Assembly (NCBI GenBank): GCA_043800535.1
Contig: JAZDMV010000014.1
Location: 1-38,853, forward strand
From: a bacterium
Lineage (GTDB): Bacteria; Patescibacteriota; Minisyncoccia; Portnoybacterales; GWB1-42-6
DNA: 38,853 bases
Reading direction: 5' to 3'
Under the pieces are notes generated by a model, which made no database searches, was not told the DNA's origin, and saw only the letters and a list, made by a program, of their open reading frames with translations. How positions within the stretch are numbered: position 1 is the first letter of the stretch; each line of letters begins with the position of its first letter. Position numbers and translations under genes: made by a program. Shown here piece by piece: positions 8,272 to 16,941 of the stretch.

Positions 8272-9540
8272 ATGTTCAAGAAATATACATTATCAAATGG
8301 TCTTCGGGTGATCCTGGCGCCGATGGAAGGAGCGCAATCGGTGACGGTTTTGGTATTGGTCGGCACGGGCTCAAAATATGAGACAAAAAAGATCAACGGC
8401 ATCTCGCACTTTCTTGAACACATGTTTTTTAAAGGCACAAAAAAGCGGCCGACAACCATGGAAATCACCTCGGCTCTTGATTCTGTCGGCGGCGCATATA
8501 ACGCTTTCACTGACAAAGAGATGACCGGCTATTGGGCCAAAGTTGATTTCAAACATTTTGACCTGGCGCTTGACTGGGTGGCGGACATCTTTTTGAATTC
8601 AAAAATAGAGGCCGAAGAAGTGGAAAGAGAAAAGGGAGTGATTTTGGAAGAGATCAATATGTATCTGGACACGCCGATGAGATACATCGGCGATCTTTGG
8701 GAGCAGCTTTTATACGGCGACCAGCCGGCCGGTTGGATGATCGCGGGAGAAAAGGAAATCATAAGAGATTTGAAACAGCCGCAATTTATAAAATATTTGC
8801 GGAACCAGTATGTGGCCAAAAACACCATTGTTGTTGTGGCGGGGAACGACAAACAAGTCCAAAGTTCAAAATCCAAAATTCAAAGTTTTTTCAAGGGAAT
8901 AAAGGCGGGAAATTTAAAAAATAAATTAAAAGCGATTGAAAAACAGAACAAGCCGGGTTTAAAAGTGTATTTCAAAGAGACCGACCAGACGCATCTAATC
9001 CTGGGCTGCCGCGGCTATAATGTTTTTGATAAAAATAGATATGCCGCCGTTTTGCTGGGTACGATTTTAGGCGGCTATATGAGCTCGCGGCTTTGGACAG
9101 AAGTGCGGGAACGCAGAGGATTGGCTTATTATGTTCGCGCGGCGCACGAAAATTATACTGATACCGGCTATCTGGCAGCCCATGCCGGAGTTGATAACAC
9201 AAGGGTTGATGACGCGATAAAAGTCATCCTGGACGAATTTAAAAAAGCAAAAGAGCATAAAATTCCCGAAGCCGAAATAAAAAAAGCCAAAGACCATATT
9301 CGGGGTTCAACGCTTCTTTCGCTTGAATCTTCCGACGAAGTGGCCTCTTTTTTGGGCACGCAGGAGGTTCTGAAAAAAGAAATTATGCTGCCCGAGGAAT
9401 TTTTCAAAAAAATAGAAAAAGTGACAGCGGCTGACCTCCAGCGCGTCGCCCGCGATATCTTCCGGCCAGAAAAATTAAACCTGGCCCTAATCGGGCCGTT
9501 TAAGGAAAAAGATAAATTTGAGAAGTTATTAAAGATATAA
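8272..9540 (+). CDS. M16 family (pitrilysin/insulinase-like) zinc peptidase
   Basis: 422-aa ORF with the inverted zinc motif HFLEHMFFKGT (HxxEH). Confidence 0.88.
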   Translation: MFKKYTLSNGLRVILAPMEGAQSVTVLVLVGTGSKYETKKINGISHFLEHMFFKGTKKRPTTMEITSALDSVGGAYNAFTDKEMTGYWAKVDFKHFDLALDWVADIFLNSKIEAEEVEREKGVILEEINMYLDTPMRYIGDLWEQLLYGDQPAGWMIAGEKEIIRDLKQPQFIKYLRNQYVAKNTIVVVAGNDKQVQSSKSKIQSFFKGIKAGNLKNKLKAIEKQNKPGLKVYFKETDQTHLILGCRGYNVFDKNRYAAVLLGTILGGYMSSRLWTEVRERRGLAYYVRAAHENYTDTGYLAAHAGVDNTRVDDAIKVILDEFKKAKEHKIPEAEIKKAKDHIRGSTLLSLESSDEVASFLGTQEVLKKEIMLPEEFFKKIEKVTAADLQRVARDIFRPEKLNLALIGPFKEKDKFEKLLKI

Positions 9541-9544
9541 TTTT

Positions 9545-10564
9545 ATGGACGAGAAAAAAACAACTGAAATTACAACCACGACAATTTTAAAGGCCATAGC
9601 TATAATCCTTGGCGTGGTTTTTATTTATCTTATCAGGAATATTTTGCTAATGCTGTTTGTGTCGGTTATCATAGCTTCGGCCGTGGACGCGCCGATTGAC
9701 TGGCTGGTACGGCATAAAATCAGGCGCGGGCTGGCAGTGGCCATGGTTTATGTTTTGGGCATTGCCATTTTTGGCGGAATGCTTTATTTTATAATCCCGC
9801 AGCTGGCCAGCCAGATGAAGCTTTTGGCTTCCAATATGCCAGAGTACCTCGGCGAGCTTGAAGGGAAACTGCAGTGGCTGGGAGGCAAATTTGGCATAGT
9901 CAGTATGCAGGATTTGTTTTCAAGCGTCGGCGATCGCCTCGGCATGGCGGCAAGCGACCTTTTTGTGGCAACGATAAACTTTTTTGGCGGCGTTTTTTCG
10001 GCCCTGATCGTTTTGATAATTTCAATATACGTGGCGGTGAAAGAACAGGCGGTCAAGAAGTTTTTTGTTTCGCTTTCACCGGCAAAATATGAGGCATATA
10101 TTGAAAATCTGACAGACCGCATTCTTTATAAGCTCGGCGCCTGGTTTCGCGGCCAGATAATTTTGATGGCGGTGATTGGCGTCATGACATATATAGGGCT
10201 TACTTTGCTTAAAGTAAAATTCGCCCTGACGCTGGCCTTGATCGTCGGGCTTTTGGAAATAGTGCCGATAATAGGGCCGATCATTGCGGCCGTGCCGGCA
10301 ATTTTATTCGCTTTATTACAATCGCCTGGCCTGGCTCTTTTGACCGCTGCTTTATATTATGTAATTCAGGAATTGGAAAAATATCTTATCGTGCCGCTGG
10401 TGATGAAGCGAGCAGTGGGACTGAATCCCATATCCATTATGGTGGCGGTCTTGATCGGTGTGGAACTTCACGGCATTATAGGCGCGATTATCGCCATTCC
10501 TGTGGCGGCGGTCATTTCTATTATTTTTCGCGATATAATGTCGAGCCGTAAGGCACAGGCATAA
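9545..10564 (+). CDS. AI-2E family transporter (PerM/UPF0118)
   Basis: 339-aa polytopic membrane ORF. LLEIVPIIGPIIAAVPA is typical of the family. Confidence 0.8.
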   Translation: MDEKKTTEITTTTILKAIAIILGVVFIYLIRNILLMLFVSVIIASAVDAPIDWLVRHKIRRGLAVAMVYVLGIAIFGGMLYFIIPQLASQMKLLASNMPEYLGELEGKLQWLGGKFGIVSMQDLFSSVGDRLGMAASDLFVATINFFGGVFSALIVLIISIYVAVKEQAVKKFFVSLSPAKYEAYIENLTDRILYKLGAWFRGQIILMAVIGVMTYIGLTLLKVKFALTLALIVGLLEIVPIIGPIIAAVPAILFALLQSPGLALLTAALYYVIQELEKYLIVPLVMKRAVGLNPISIMVAVLIGVELHGIIGAIIAIPVAAVISIIFRDIMSSRKAQA

Positions 10565-10601
10565 TGTTTATTAAACATTATGCCCTGAGCTTGTCGAAGG
10601 G

Positions 10602-11129
10602 CTAACGGAGAGAGAACAAGAATATTACGGCCAAAATTGTGACCGATATTTCCACAGCCAGGTCCAGCCAGACCGGGCTTTTGTTTTTGAAAATATGAAA
10701 AGCGCGATGGGGCTTGGCAAAAAATTTAAGGAAAGAAGATTCTGGGAAGCGCCAATAAAGGAAAAGTAGAAGATCAGGTGCAAGAGCTCCTGCTATGGCG
10801 GCAAATGCAAAGGGGCTGAAGTATTTATTGTGAATAAGCAAAAAAGCGATGGCAAAACCGATAAAAAAATCAAGAGCGACTTTTGATAAAGGGATAAAAA
10901 AGCGGGCGCTTGGCCTGATCGTTTTGTCTTTTAGCTCGGAAACTTCGTATTCGTAATGGGGGAATGCTTCCAGAATATAATGGCTGATAAAACTTGCGCC
11001 AAAGGCAAGAGGCAGGGAGGAGATTTGTGAGCCAATGGCTGCACCGACAAGGATATGAGGAGTGAGGATCAAAAGAATTTCTAATTTTCCCGCCTGCCAA
11101 GGCCAATAGTGATTAATCAGTATTGACAC
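10602..11129 (-). CDS. Hypothetical integral membrane protein
   Basis: 175-aa ORF with 5-6 hydrophobic segments and conserved-looking His residues (TPHILVG, SHYILEAFPH). The family is not recognised. Confidence 0.6.
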   Translation of the reverse strand: MSILINHYWPWQAGKLEILLILTPHILVGAAIGSQISSLPLAFGASFISHYILEAFPHYEYEVSELKDKTIRPSARFFIPLSKVALDFFIGFAIAFLLIHNKYFSPFAFAAIAGALAPDLLLFLYWRFPESSFLKFFAKPHRAFHIFKNKSPVWLDLAVEISVTILAVIFLFSLR

Positions 11130-11241
11130 TTTAGACGGTTAAACATAGTGATTTTTCAATTGCGACCTGGTCGCCTTGGCTATTGGCGGGTAGGTAATTT
11201 TTAATTTCTAATCCAGTCCCGCTTCGCAGGACAGATAAAAA

Positions 11242-11271
11242 TTGTCAATTAACAAATTAGTGGTTTATAAT
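11242..11271 (+). promoter_or_regulatory. Sigma70-like promoter; rsmI probably leaderless
   Basis: TTGTCA (11242-11247), 18-nt spacer, TATAAT (11266-11271). The ATG at 11278 is 6 nt downstream and has no SD. Confidence 0.45.
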
Positions 11272-11277
11272 AGGCTT

Positions 11278-12009
11278 ATGGGGACATTATACATCGTGGC
11301 TACGCCGATTGGCAATTTAAAGGATATCACCCTGCGGGCGCTGGAGGTTTTAAAGGAGGTTGATTTGATCGTCTGTGAAGATACGCGGCAGACCATAAAA
11401 CTGCTAAATCATTATAATATTTCAAAGCCGCTGGTCAGCTATTTTCAGCATAGTAAATTGTCAAAAATTGATTATATCGCAGAGCAATTGAAAAATGGTA
11501 AGAGCGTGGCTTTGGTAACTGATGCTGGCACGCCTGGCATAGCGGATCCCGGCGGAGTTTTGATAGATCAGTTGGTCAGTTCATCAGTTCATCAGTTTAA
11601 AACCGAAAAACCGACAGGGAGCGAAGCGACCGAAACTGATAAACTGATTATCACGCCGATTCCCGGTCCCAATGCCGCGGTTGCCGCCTTGAGCGTTTCG
11701 GGCTTTCCGGCGGATAAATTTGTTTTTATGGGTTTTCCGCCGCATAAAAAAGGGAGGAATAAATTTTTTGACGAAGTTGCGGCGGCAAAATATACTGTAG
11801 TTTTCTACGAATCAACGCACCGTATTTTAAAAACACTGGGGCAACTGAAAATGACTTTAAGCCTCGAAAGGCAAATAGTTATTTGCCGAGAACTGACAAA
11901 ACAATTTGAATCAATTTATCGCGGCACAGCCGAAGAAATTTTAAAGACTTTGGAAAACGATAAAAATAATCAGAAAGGGGAGTTTGTTATTGTCATAAAC
12001 CATGAATAA
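11278..12009 (+). CDS. rsmI: 16S rRNA (cytidine1402-2'-O)-methyltransferase
   Basis: GTLYIVATPIGNLKDITLRALEVL..DLI.CEDTR and TDAGTPGIADPG motifs. The track start at 11242 overlaps the promoter, so I prefer the ATG at 11278. Confidence 0.88.
   Translation: MGTLYIVATPIGNLKDITLRALEVLKEVDLIVCEDTRQTIKLLNHYNISKPLVSYFQHSKLSKIDYIAEQLKNGKSVALVTDAGTPGIADPGGVLIDQLVSSSVHQFKTEKPTGSEATETDKLIITPIPGPNAAVAALSVSGFPADKFVFMGFPPHKKGRNKFFDEVAAAKYTVVFYESTHRILKTLGQLKMTLSLERQIVICRELTKQFESIYRGTAEEILKTLENDKNNQKGEFVIVINHE
11576..11648. repeat. In-frame palindromic insertion inside rsmI
   Basis: Arm tcagttcatcagttcatcagttt (11576-11598) versus aaactgataaactgat (11633-11648), 15/16 complementary. It encodes about 23 extra residues (SSSVHQFKTEKPTGSEATETDKL). 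Confidence 0.7.
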
Positions 12010-13420
12010 GAAATTTTACGTCACAACTCCGATCTATTATGTCAACGACCGTCCGCATATTGGCCACGCCTATACCACCGTGGCGGTGGATGTTTTGTCG
12101 CGCTGGCATAAAAAGCAAGGCGAAAAAGTTTTTTTTATGGCCGGTACGGATGAGCATGGTGCAAAAATTGAGCAGGCGGCGGCAAAGAATAACCAAGACG
12201 TACAAAAATTCGTTGACGAAAAAGCACAGGCGTTCAAAGATGCGTGGCAGAAACTTAATATAGAATACGACAATTTTTTGCGCACGACTGATGAAGCGCA
12301 TGTAAAAGCGGTGCAGGCGGCGGTGCAGGCGGTCTATAATAAAGGGTTGATATATAAAGGTGAATATGAAGGGCTTTATTGTGTTGGCTGCGAGCAATAC
12401 AAATTTGAAGATGACTTGGTTGACGGCAAGTGCCGCGAGCATAATATTGAACCGCAGCTGATGAAAGAAGAAAGTTATTTTTTCAAACTTTCTGAATTTG
12501 GCAAAGTTTTGGAAGAAAAAATATCGTCTGACGAATTGGCAATTTTGCCGCAGGAGCGCAAAAACGAAATTCTGAATTTTTTGAGGAGCGGCTTAAAAGA
12601 TATTTCCATTTCGCGCAAAAACGTTAAATGGGGGATTCCCCTGCCTTTTGACGAGGAACAAACAATTTATGTTTGGATTGACGCCTTTTTGAACTATTTG
12701 ACGGGTTTGGGCTGGGATGGAAGTTTAGAGTTTAGAGTTAAAAGTGAAAAGTTAGAGTTTTTCCCGCCGGATTTACAGCTGATGTCCAAAGATATTTTGA
12801 GGGTGCACGCGACTATCTGGCCGGCTTTGCTTCTTGCGCTTGAATTGCCTTTGCCCAAAGAAATTTTTGTGCACGGCTATTTCACGATTGACGGGCAAAA
12901 AATGTCCAAATCCCTGGGGAACGTCATCTGGCCGGAAGAATTAGTTGAAAAATTTGGGGTTGACGGGGCGCGCTATCTTTTGATGTCATCACTCTTGCAA
13001 GGCCAGGACAGCGATGTATCCTGGGAAAAGCTGACAGAAAAATATAATGCAGATTTGGCCAATGGCTTAGGGAATCTGGTTTCAAGGGTCTTGACGTTAA
13101 GTGAAAAGTTAAAAGTGAAAAGTTCAAAGTCGGAGTCAAAAATTGAAAACATGGACGGATTTTTTGCCGAGATAAGGTTAAAAGAAGTTTTAGACGAAAT
13201 TTGGTCGCAGATTGCTTGGGCAAACAGATATATTGAAGAGAAGAGATTGTGGGAATTGGTCAAAATGGATCCCAAAGAAGGAGAGAAAGTTTTAGCCGAA
13301 CTTTTATCTTTGATCTCAGAAATCGGCGAAGCAATCGCGCCGTTCATGCCCGAGACTTCGGAGAATATAAAAAAGATGCTTGAAACCGGAGCGGCCGGAC
13401 CGTTATTCCCAAGAGTATAA
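12002..13420 (+). CDS. metG: Methionine--tRNA ligase
   Basis: The signatures PIYYVNDRPHIGHAYT and KMSKSLGN are present. The start overlaps the rsmI stop (ATGAATAA). Confidence 0.93.
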   Translation: MNKKFYVTTPIYYVNDRPHIGHAYTTVAVDVLSRWHKKQGEKVFFMAGTDEHGAKIEQAAAKNNQDVQKFVDEKAQAFKDAWQKLNIEYDNFLRTTDEAHVKAVQAAVQAVYNKGLIYKGEYEGLYCVGCEQYKFEDDLVDGKCREHNIEPQLMKEESYFFKLSEFGKVLEEKISSDELAILPQERKNEILNFLRSGLKDISISRKNVKWGIPLPFDEEQTIYVWIDAFLNYLTGLGWDGSLEFRVKSEKLEFFPPDLQLMSKDILRVHATIWPALLLALELPLPKEIFVHGYFTIDGQKMSKSLGNVIWPEELVEKFGVDGARYLLMSSLLQGQDSDVSWEKLTEKYNADLANGLGNLVSRVLTLSEKLKVKSSKSESKIENMDGFFAEIRLKEVLDEIWSQIAWANRYIEEKRLWELVKMDPKEGEKVLAELLSLISEIGEAIAPFMPETSENIKKMLETGAAGPLFPRV

Positions 13421-13428
13421 AAACATTC

Positions 13429-13497
13429 AAAAACAAAAACCCCTTCGGCAAAGAACGGGTTTTTGTTTTTACCCCTCACTTGCAAGCAAGTGAGGGG
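13429..13497. terminator. Two bidirectional hairpin terminators between metG and the SOD gene
   Basis: aaaaacaaaaaccc (13429-13442) pairs with gggtttttgttttt (13457-13470). cccctcacttgc (13472-13483) pairs with gcaagtgagggg (13486-13497). Confidence 0.7.
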
Positions 13498-13513
13498 TTT
13501 ATCTGGGACCTTA

Positions 13514-14104
13514 TTAGATCGCTTCTTTGAACCGGTGACTAACGACTTCCCAGTTGATCACTTTGAAAAACGCGTCTATGTAGCCCGCGCGCTTTATTCC
13601 GTAATCAATCATATAAGCGTGTTCAAAAACATCCATGACCAAAATCGGCGCGCACCCTGTCAAATGCCCTTGGTCGTGTTCGTTTATCCAGACATTAAAA
13701 AGATTGTCACCCTCACGATCATAATAAAGGATTACCCAGCCAATACCTCGCATGGCGCACAAGCCCCGGAAATCTTTTCCCCACGATTTGATGTCGCCAA
13801 AATCCTTTCCCATTTTTTTGCATAAAGCAGATCTTTCATCGATGTCTGCGCCACCTTTTATCATATTGCCAAAATAGTATTCGTGCAGACGCATGCCGTC
13901 AAATTCCCAGCCAAAGCGGCGGTTGAGCTCTGAATATTCTGGTGTGCCGAATTTGTCGTCTTTCTTAATCGCAACCAGAATATCGCTTAATTTATTGGTG
14001 TTGGCGACATAGCCCTGATAAAGCGCAAAGTGATTGCTCAAAAGCTGGTCGCTGAAACCCTCAAGGCCGATAAGCTCTTCAAATTTTTTTGGTTCGTAGG
14101 TCAT
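13514..14104 (-). CDS. Fe/Mn-family superoxide dismutase
   Basis: 196-aa ORF. The C-terminal D.FEHAY motif (DVFEHAYMIDYG) and the N-terminal HF.LYQGYV pattern are present. Confidence 0.8.
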   Translation of the reverse strand: MTYEPKKFEELIGLEGFSDQLLSNHFALYQGYVANTNKLSDILVAIKKDDKFGTPEYSELNRRFGWEFDGMRLHEYYFGNMIKGGADIDERSALCKKMGKDFGDIKSWGKDFRGLCAMRGIGWVILYYDREGDNLFNVWINEHDQGHLTGCAPILVMDVFEHAYMIDYGIKRAGYIDAFFKVINWEVVSHRFKEAI

Positions 14105-14158
14105 AGATATCTTTCTGAATTAAGCTTTGAAAAGGCCAAATGATTCTTCGGTGAAAAT

Positions 14159-14187
14159 TTGATATTATCGCGCAAAACCCGTATAAT
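14159..14187 (+). promoter_or_regulatory. Sigma70-like promoter for tatD
   Basis: TTGATA (14159-14164), 17-nt spacer, TATAAT (14182-14187). Confidence 0.5.
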
Positions 14188-14240
14188 TTTACTGTAACAC
14201 GAAATTATGCCCGGTGCTATAACCTCGATAATGTTTTATT

Positions 14241-15107
14241 ATGTTAATAGATACTCACGCGCACGTCAATTTTATCGCATATAAGGACGACGGGGGCCAG
14301 GTGCTTGAAAGGGCGCTGGAAAATGGCGTTTGGTTGATCAATGTCGGCTCGCAGCTTGACACAAGCCGGCGGGCAATCGCCTATGCGGAGAAATTTGACA
14401 AGGGTGTTTTTGCCAGCATCGCTCTCCATCCGATACATCTTAAAGGCCGCAAGATCAAAGAAGAGCTTGATGAGCAGGAGTCTCTGGAATTTGAAACGCA
14501 GGAAGAAAAATTTGATTATGAAAAATATAAGGAGCTGGCCCTTTCGACAGGATCAAGGCAAGCTAATCCAAAGGTTGTGGCGATAGGCGAAACAGGCTTG
14601 GATTATTACCATTTGCGCCAGGAACAGCCCGAAGAGCTGGAGCGTCTGAAAAATCTGCAAAAAGAAGTTTTTAAAAAACATTTGCAGCTGGCGCAGGAGT
14701 TGGGCAAGCCGGTGGCGATTCATTGTCGCGAGGCGCACCAGGATGTGTTGGAGATTCTGAAGGCAGCCGTTAGCAGCAAACAATTAACAGCCGGGGGAGT
14801 GGTTCATTCGTTTTCGGGAAGATGGTCGCAGGCCGAGGAGTATCTTGGCATGGGATTTTATTTGAGCTTCAACGGCATTATCACTTTTGCGCGGGATTAT
14901 GATAGAGTGATACTAAATATGCCGCTTGAGCGTTTGTTAATAGAAACTGATTGTCCGTATCTTGCGCCTGTCCCGTTCCGCGGCAAGCGCAACGAGCCGA
15001 TCTATGTAAAATACGTGGCGGAAAAAATTGCCGAGTTGCGGGGAATCAATTTTGATGAAGTGGCGAAAATAACAACGGAAAACGCGAGGGAATTATTTAA
15101 AATATAG
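14241..15107 (+). CDS. tatD: TatD family metal-dependent hydrolase/DNase
   Basis: MLIDTHAHVNF, IGETGLDYY, VAIHCREA, HSFSG and ETDCPYL motifs. Confidence 0.88.
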   Translation: MLIDTHAHVNFIAYKDDGGQVLERALENGVWLINVGSQLDTSRRAIAYAEKFDKGVFASIALHPIHLKGRKIKEELDEQESLEFETQEEKFDYEKYKELALSTGSRQANPKVVAIGETGLDYYHLRQEQPEELERLKNLQKEVFKKHLQLAQELGKPVAIHCREAHQDVLEILKAAVSSKQLTAGGVVHSFSGRWSQAEEYLGMGFYLSFNGIITFARDYDRVILNMPLERLLIETDCPYLAPVPFRGKRNEPIYVKYVAEKIAELRGINFDEVAKITTENARELFKI

Positions 15108-15120
15108 TTTTTCCAAATGG

Positions 15121-15294
15121 GTTACTTTTTCTGCCGAGAAAAAGTAACCAAAAAGCTCTCGCCACGCTCCAAAATAGAGAAAATCAGGCTCGTTCGGCTA
15201 AAATCGCCTCGTAAACTCCTCATTTCACTCGTCGCTCGGAGATTTCTTAACGCCTCACTCGCCTCGATTTTCTTTCTATTTTTGCGCTATTGCG
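15121..15294 (+). repeat. ~185-bp nested-palindrome element, divergent copy B
   Basis: It starts with ttactttttctg-ccga-gaaaaagtaa and shares ..gagaaaatc.g..tcg.t.ggctaaaa.. and ..cgcctc.ctcg.ctcgattttct.. blocks with copies A and D. Confidence 0.7.
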
Positions 15295-15321
15295 AATTAG
15301 CAGAAGATTTGAATTAATTTT

Positions 15322-15786
15322 ATGTTGGAAATAAAAAAATTTAATGAACCGATCCTGCGCAAAAAGACCAAGCCGGTTGATGAAGTTGATGATGAGATAA
15401 GGAAGCTTGCAAGCTATATGGTGCAGGCGATGTATCAGAACCAGGGTGCGGGCCTGGCGGCCAATCAGATAGGCCTTGATTTGAGCATGGCTGTTGTTGA
15501 CGCGGGGAACGGGCTTAAAATTCTGATAAATCCCAAGCTCCTTTGGGCCGAAGGGCAGAGCTATGAAGAAGAGGGGTGTTTGAGTTTGCCTGGCGTTTTT
15601 TTCAAAATAAAGCGTCCAAAATATATTGAAATTGAGGCATTGGATAAATTCGGCCGGCGCCAGATTATAAAAGCCCAGGACATGGAAGCCCGGGCGATCT
15701 GTCATGAACTTGACCATCTTGACGGGAAATTAATAATTGACAGGATTGGTTTCTGGCAGAGATTAAAATATAAATTTCGGCTGTAA
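15322..15786 (+). CDS. def: Peptide deformylase
   Basis: GAGLAANQIG, EGCLSLPG and HELDHLDG motifs. Confidence 0.92.
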   Translation: MLEIKKFNEPILRKKTKPVDEVDDEIRKLASYMVQAMYQNQGAGLAANQIGLDLSMAVVDAGNGLKILINPKLLWAEGQSYEEEGCLSLPGVFFKIKRPKYIEIEALDKFGRRQIIKAQDMEARAICHELDHLDGKLIIDRIGFWQRLKYKFRL

Positions 15787-15874
15787 TTTTTTATACAAAG
15801 TTGTAAGATATTAATGCTGAAAAAAGAAAGGACGCCGAAGCGCCCTTTTAAAATTCTAAACCTGACTTATCTAT

Positions 15875-16030
15875 CTATTTTATTCGCGTAACGTGCACCA
15901 CCGCGGCCGTCGTTGCTACAATACCAAGGCCGATGGCCCATTTAATTGTAAAAAGACTTCCTAACGTTAAGAAAAAGTACAGACCAAACATGACCGGATA
16001 AATAAATCTGCCTGATCTCTCGATTCTCAT
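15875..16030 (-). CDS. Small hydrophobic protein (51 aa, below the ORF-track cutoff)
   Basis: SD ggaggtg lies 7 nt upstream of the ATG at 16030. The product MRIERSGRFIYPVMFGLYFFLTLGSLFTIKWAIGLGIVATTAAVVHVTRIK has two predicted TM segments. It lies 40 nt downstream of the CcdA-like gene. Confidence 0.5.
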   Translation of the reverse strand: MRIERSGRFIYPVMFGLYFFLTLGSLFTIKWAIGLGIVATTAAVVHVTRIK

Positions 16031-16069
16031 ATTTTTTCACCTCCTTATTTTTAAAGGACTTTTTTAATT

Positions 16070-16873
16070 TTACAGCCACCCAGCCAAAATTACGACTCCA
16101 AGCGCGATAAGGATAATCCCGGCGATAAGATGCAACAGCCGGAGTTTATTTTTGCGCCAGTTTTCCGCTTTTTCGGGAGATAGACCCCAGTACATTGCCA
16201 AAACAATTGCCGCCATAGGCAGAATAAAGATCAGGTTGTATAAAATAAGATAAAGGAAGGCAACAAAGAACGTGGTTTTGGCGGCCAGCATCCCCAGGAT
16301 GATAACGTAAGGGCCTGAAGTGCAGGGCAGAAGAAAAACACTTATTAAAAGCCCGACGGTAAATCCGCCCCAGGGCGATGCTATTCCGCGGACAAGTTCT
16401 TTCATCTTTGGCCGCCAGCGCTGGGGGACTTCCATTAAAAATCCTCCCCCGCCGTACCAGAAATAATCTTTGACGTTCAATAGGCCAAAAATTATGGCCA
16501 CAATTCCCATGGTCGTGTAAAAAGTGCCTGAAAAAGAAAGGGTATAGACGCGGATAAATTCAAGCAAGCCGATGCCCATCAAAAAATATGAAATGAAGAC
16601 CGCGGCGATAAAAGAAAAGCCGGTCAAAAGCGCGCGCTTACGGTTTTCTTGCTCGATCAGCATGGAAGCCATTAGAAGGATCAAAATTGCAAATTCGCAG
16701 GGGTTGATGGCGTCAACCGCCGCGCCGCAGGCAACAGCCCAGGGGGTCAGATTGAGCGAAGATAGGCCGGTTTTGCAAGAAGCGTCCTGTTGGGCAAAAG
16801 CCAGATTGGGAAGTAAAAAAACAACGGTCAGGGAAATAATAATTGCTAGTTTTGTAAAAGTCAGTTTTTTCAT
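16070..16873 (-). CDS. CcdA/DsbD-family thiol-disulfide transmembrane electron transporter
   Basis: 267-aa ORF with a signal-like N-terminus, polytopic, with two membrane-embedded Cys motifs (INPCEF and LLPCTSGPY). Confidence 0.7.
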   Translation of the reverse strand: MKKLTFTKLAIIISLTVVFLLPNLAFAQQDASCKTGLSSLNLTPWAVACGAAVDAINPCEFAILILLMASMLIEQENRKRALLTGFSFIAAVFISYFLMGIGLLEFIRVYTLSFSGTFYTTMGIVAIIFGLLNVKDYFWYGGGGFLMEVPQRWRPKMKELVRGIASPWGGFTVGLLISVFLLPCTSGPYVIILGMLAAKTTFFVAFLYLILYNLIFILPMAAIVLAMYWGLSPEKAENWRKNKLRLLHLIAGIILIALGVVILAGWL

Positions 16874-16902
16874 AGGTGAGTATATAATAGTATATAGTAA
16901 AG

Positions 16903-16931
16903 TTGAAAAAAAGGCAAAAGTGGGGTAGAGT
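16903..16931 (+). promoter_or_regulatory. Possible promoter for leuS
   Basis: TTGAAA (16903-16908), 17-nt spacer, TAGAGT (16926-16931). The ATG is at 16942. Confidence 0.35.
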
Positions 16932-16941
16932 AGAAATAATT

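Noticed and set aside
15117-15317. 66-aa ORF, and ORFs at 8058-8516, 24360-24743 and 37611-37832, lying in the repeat elements
   Set aside because: They are read through copies of the 185-bp palindromic element in different frames and strands. There is no consistent frame between copies and no SD, so they are artefacts of the repeat.
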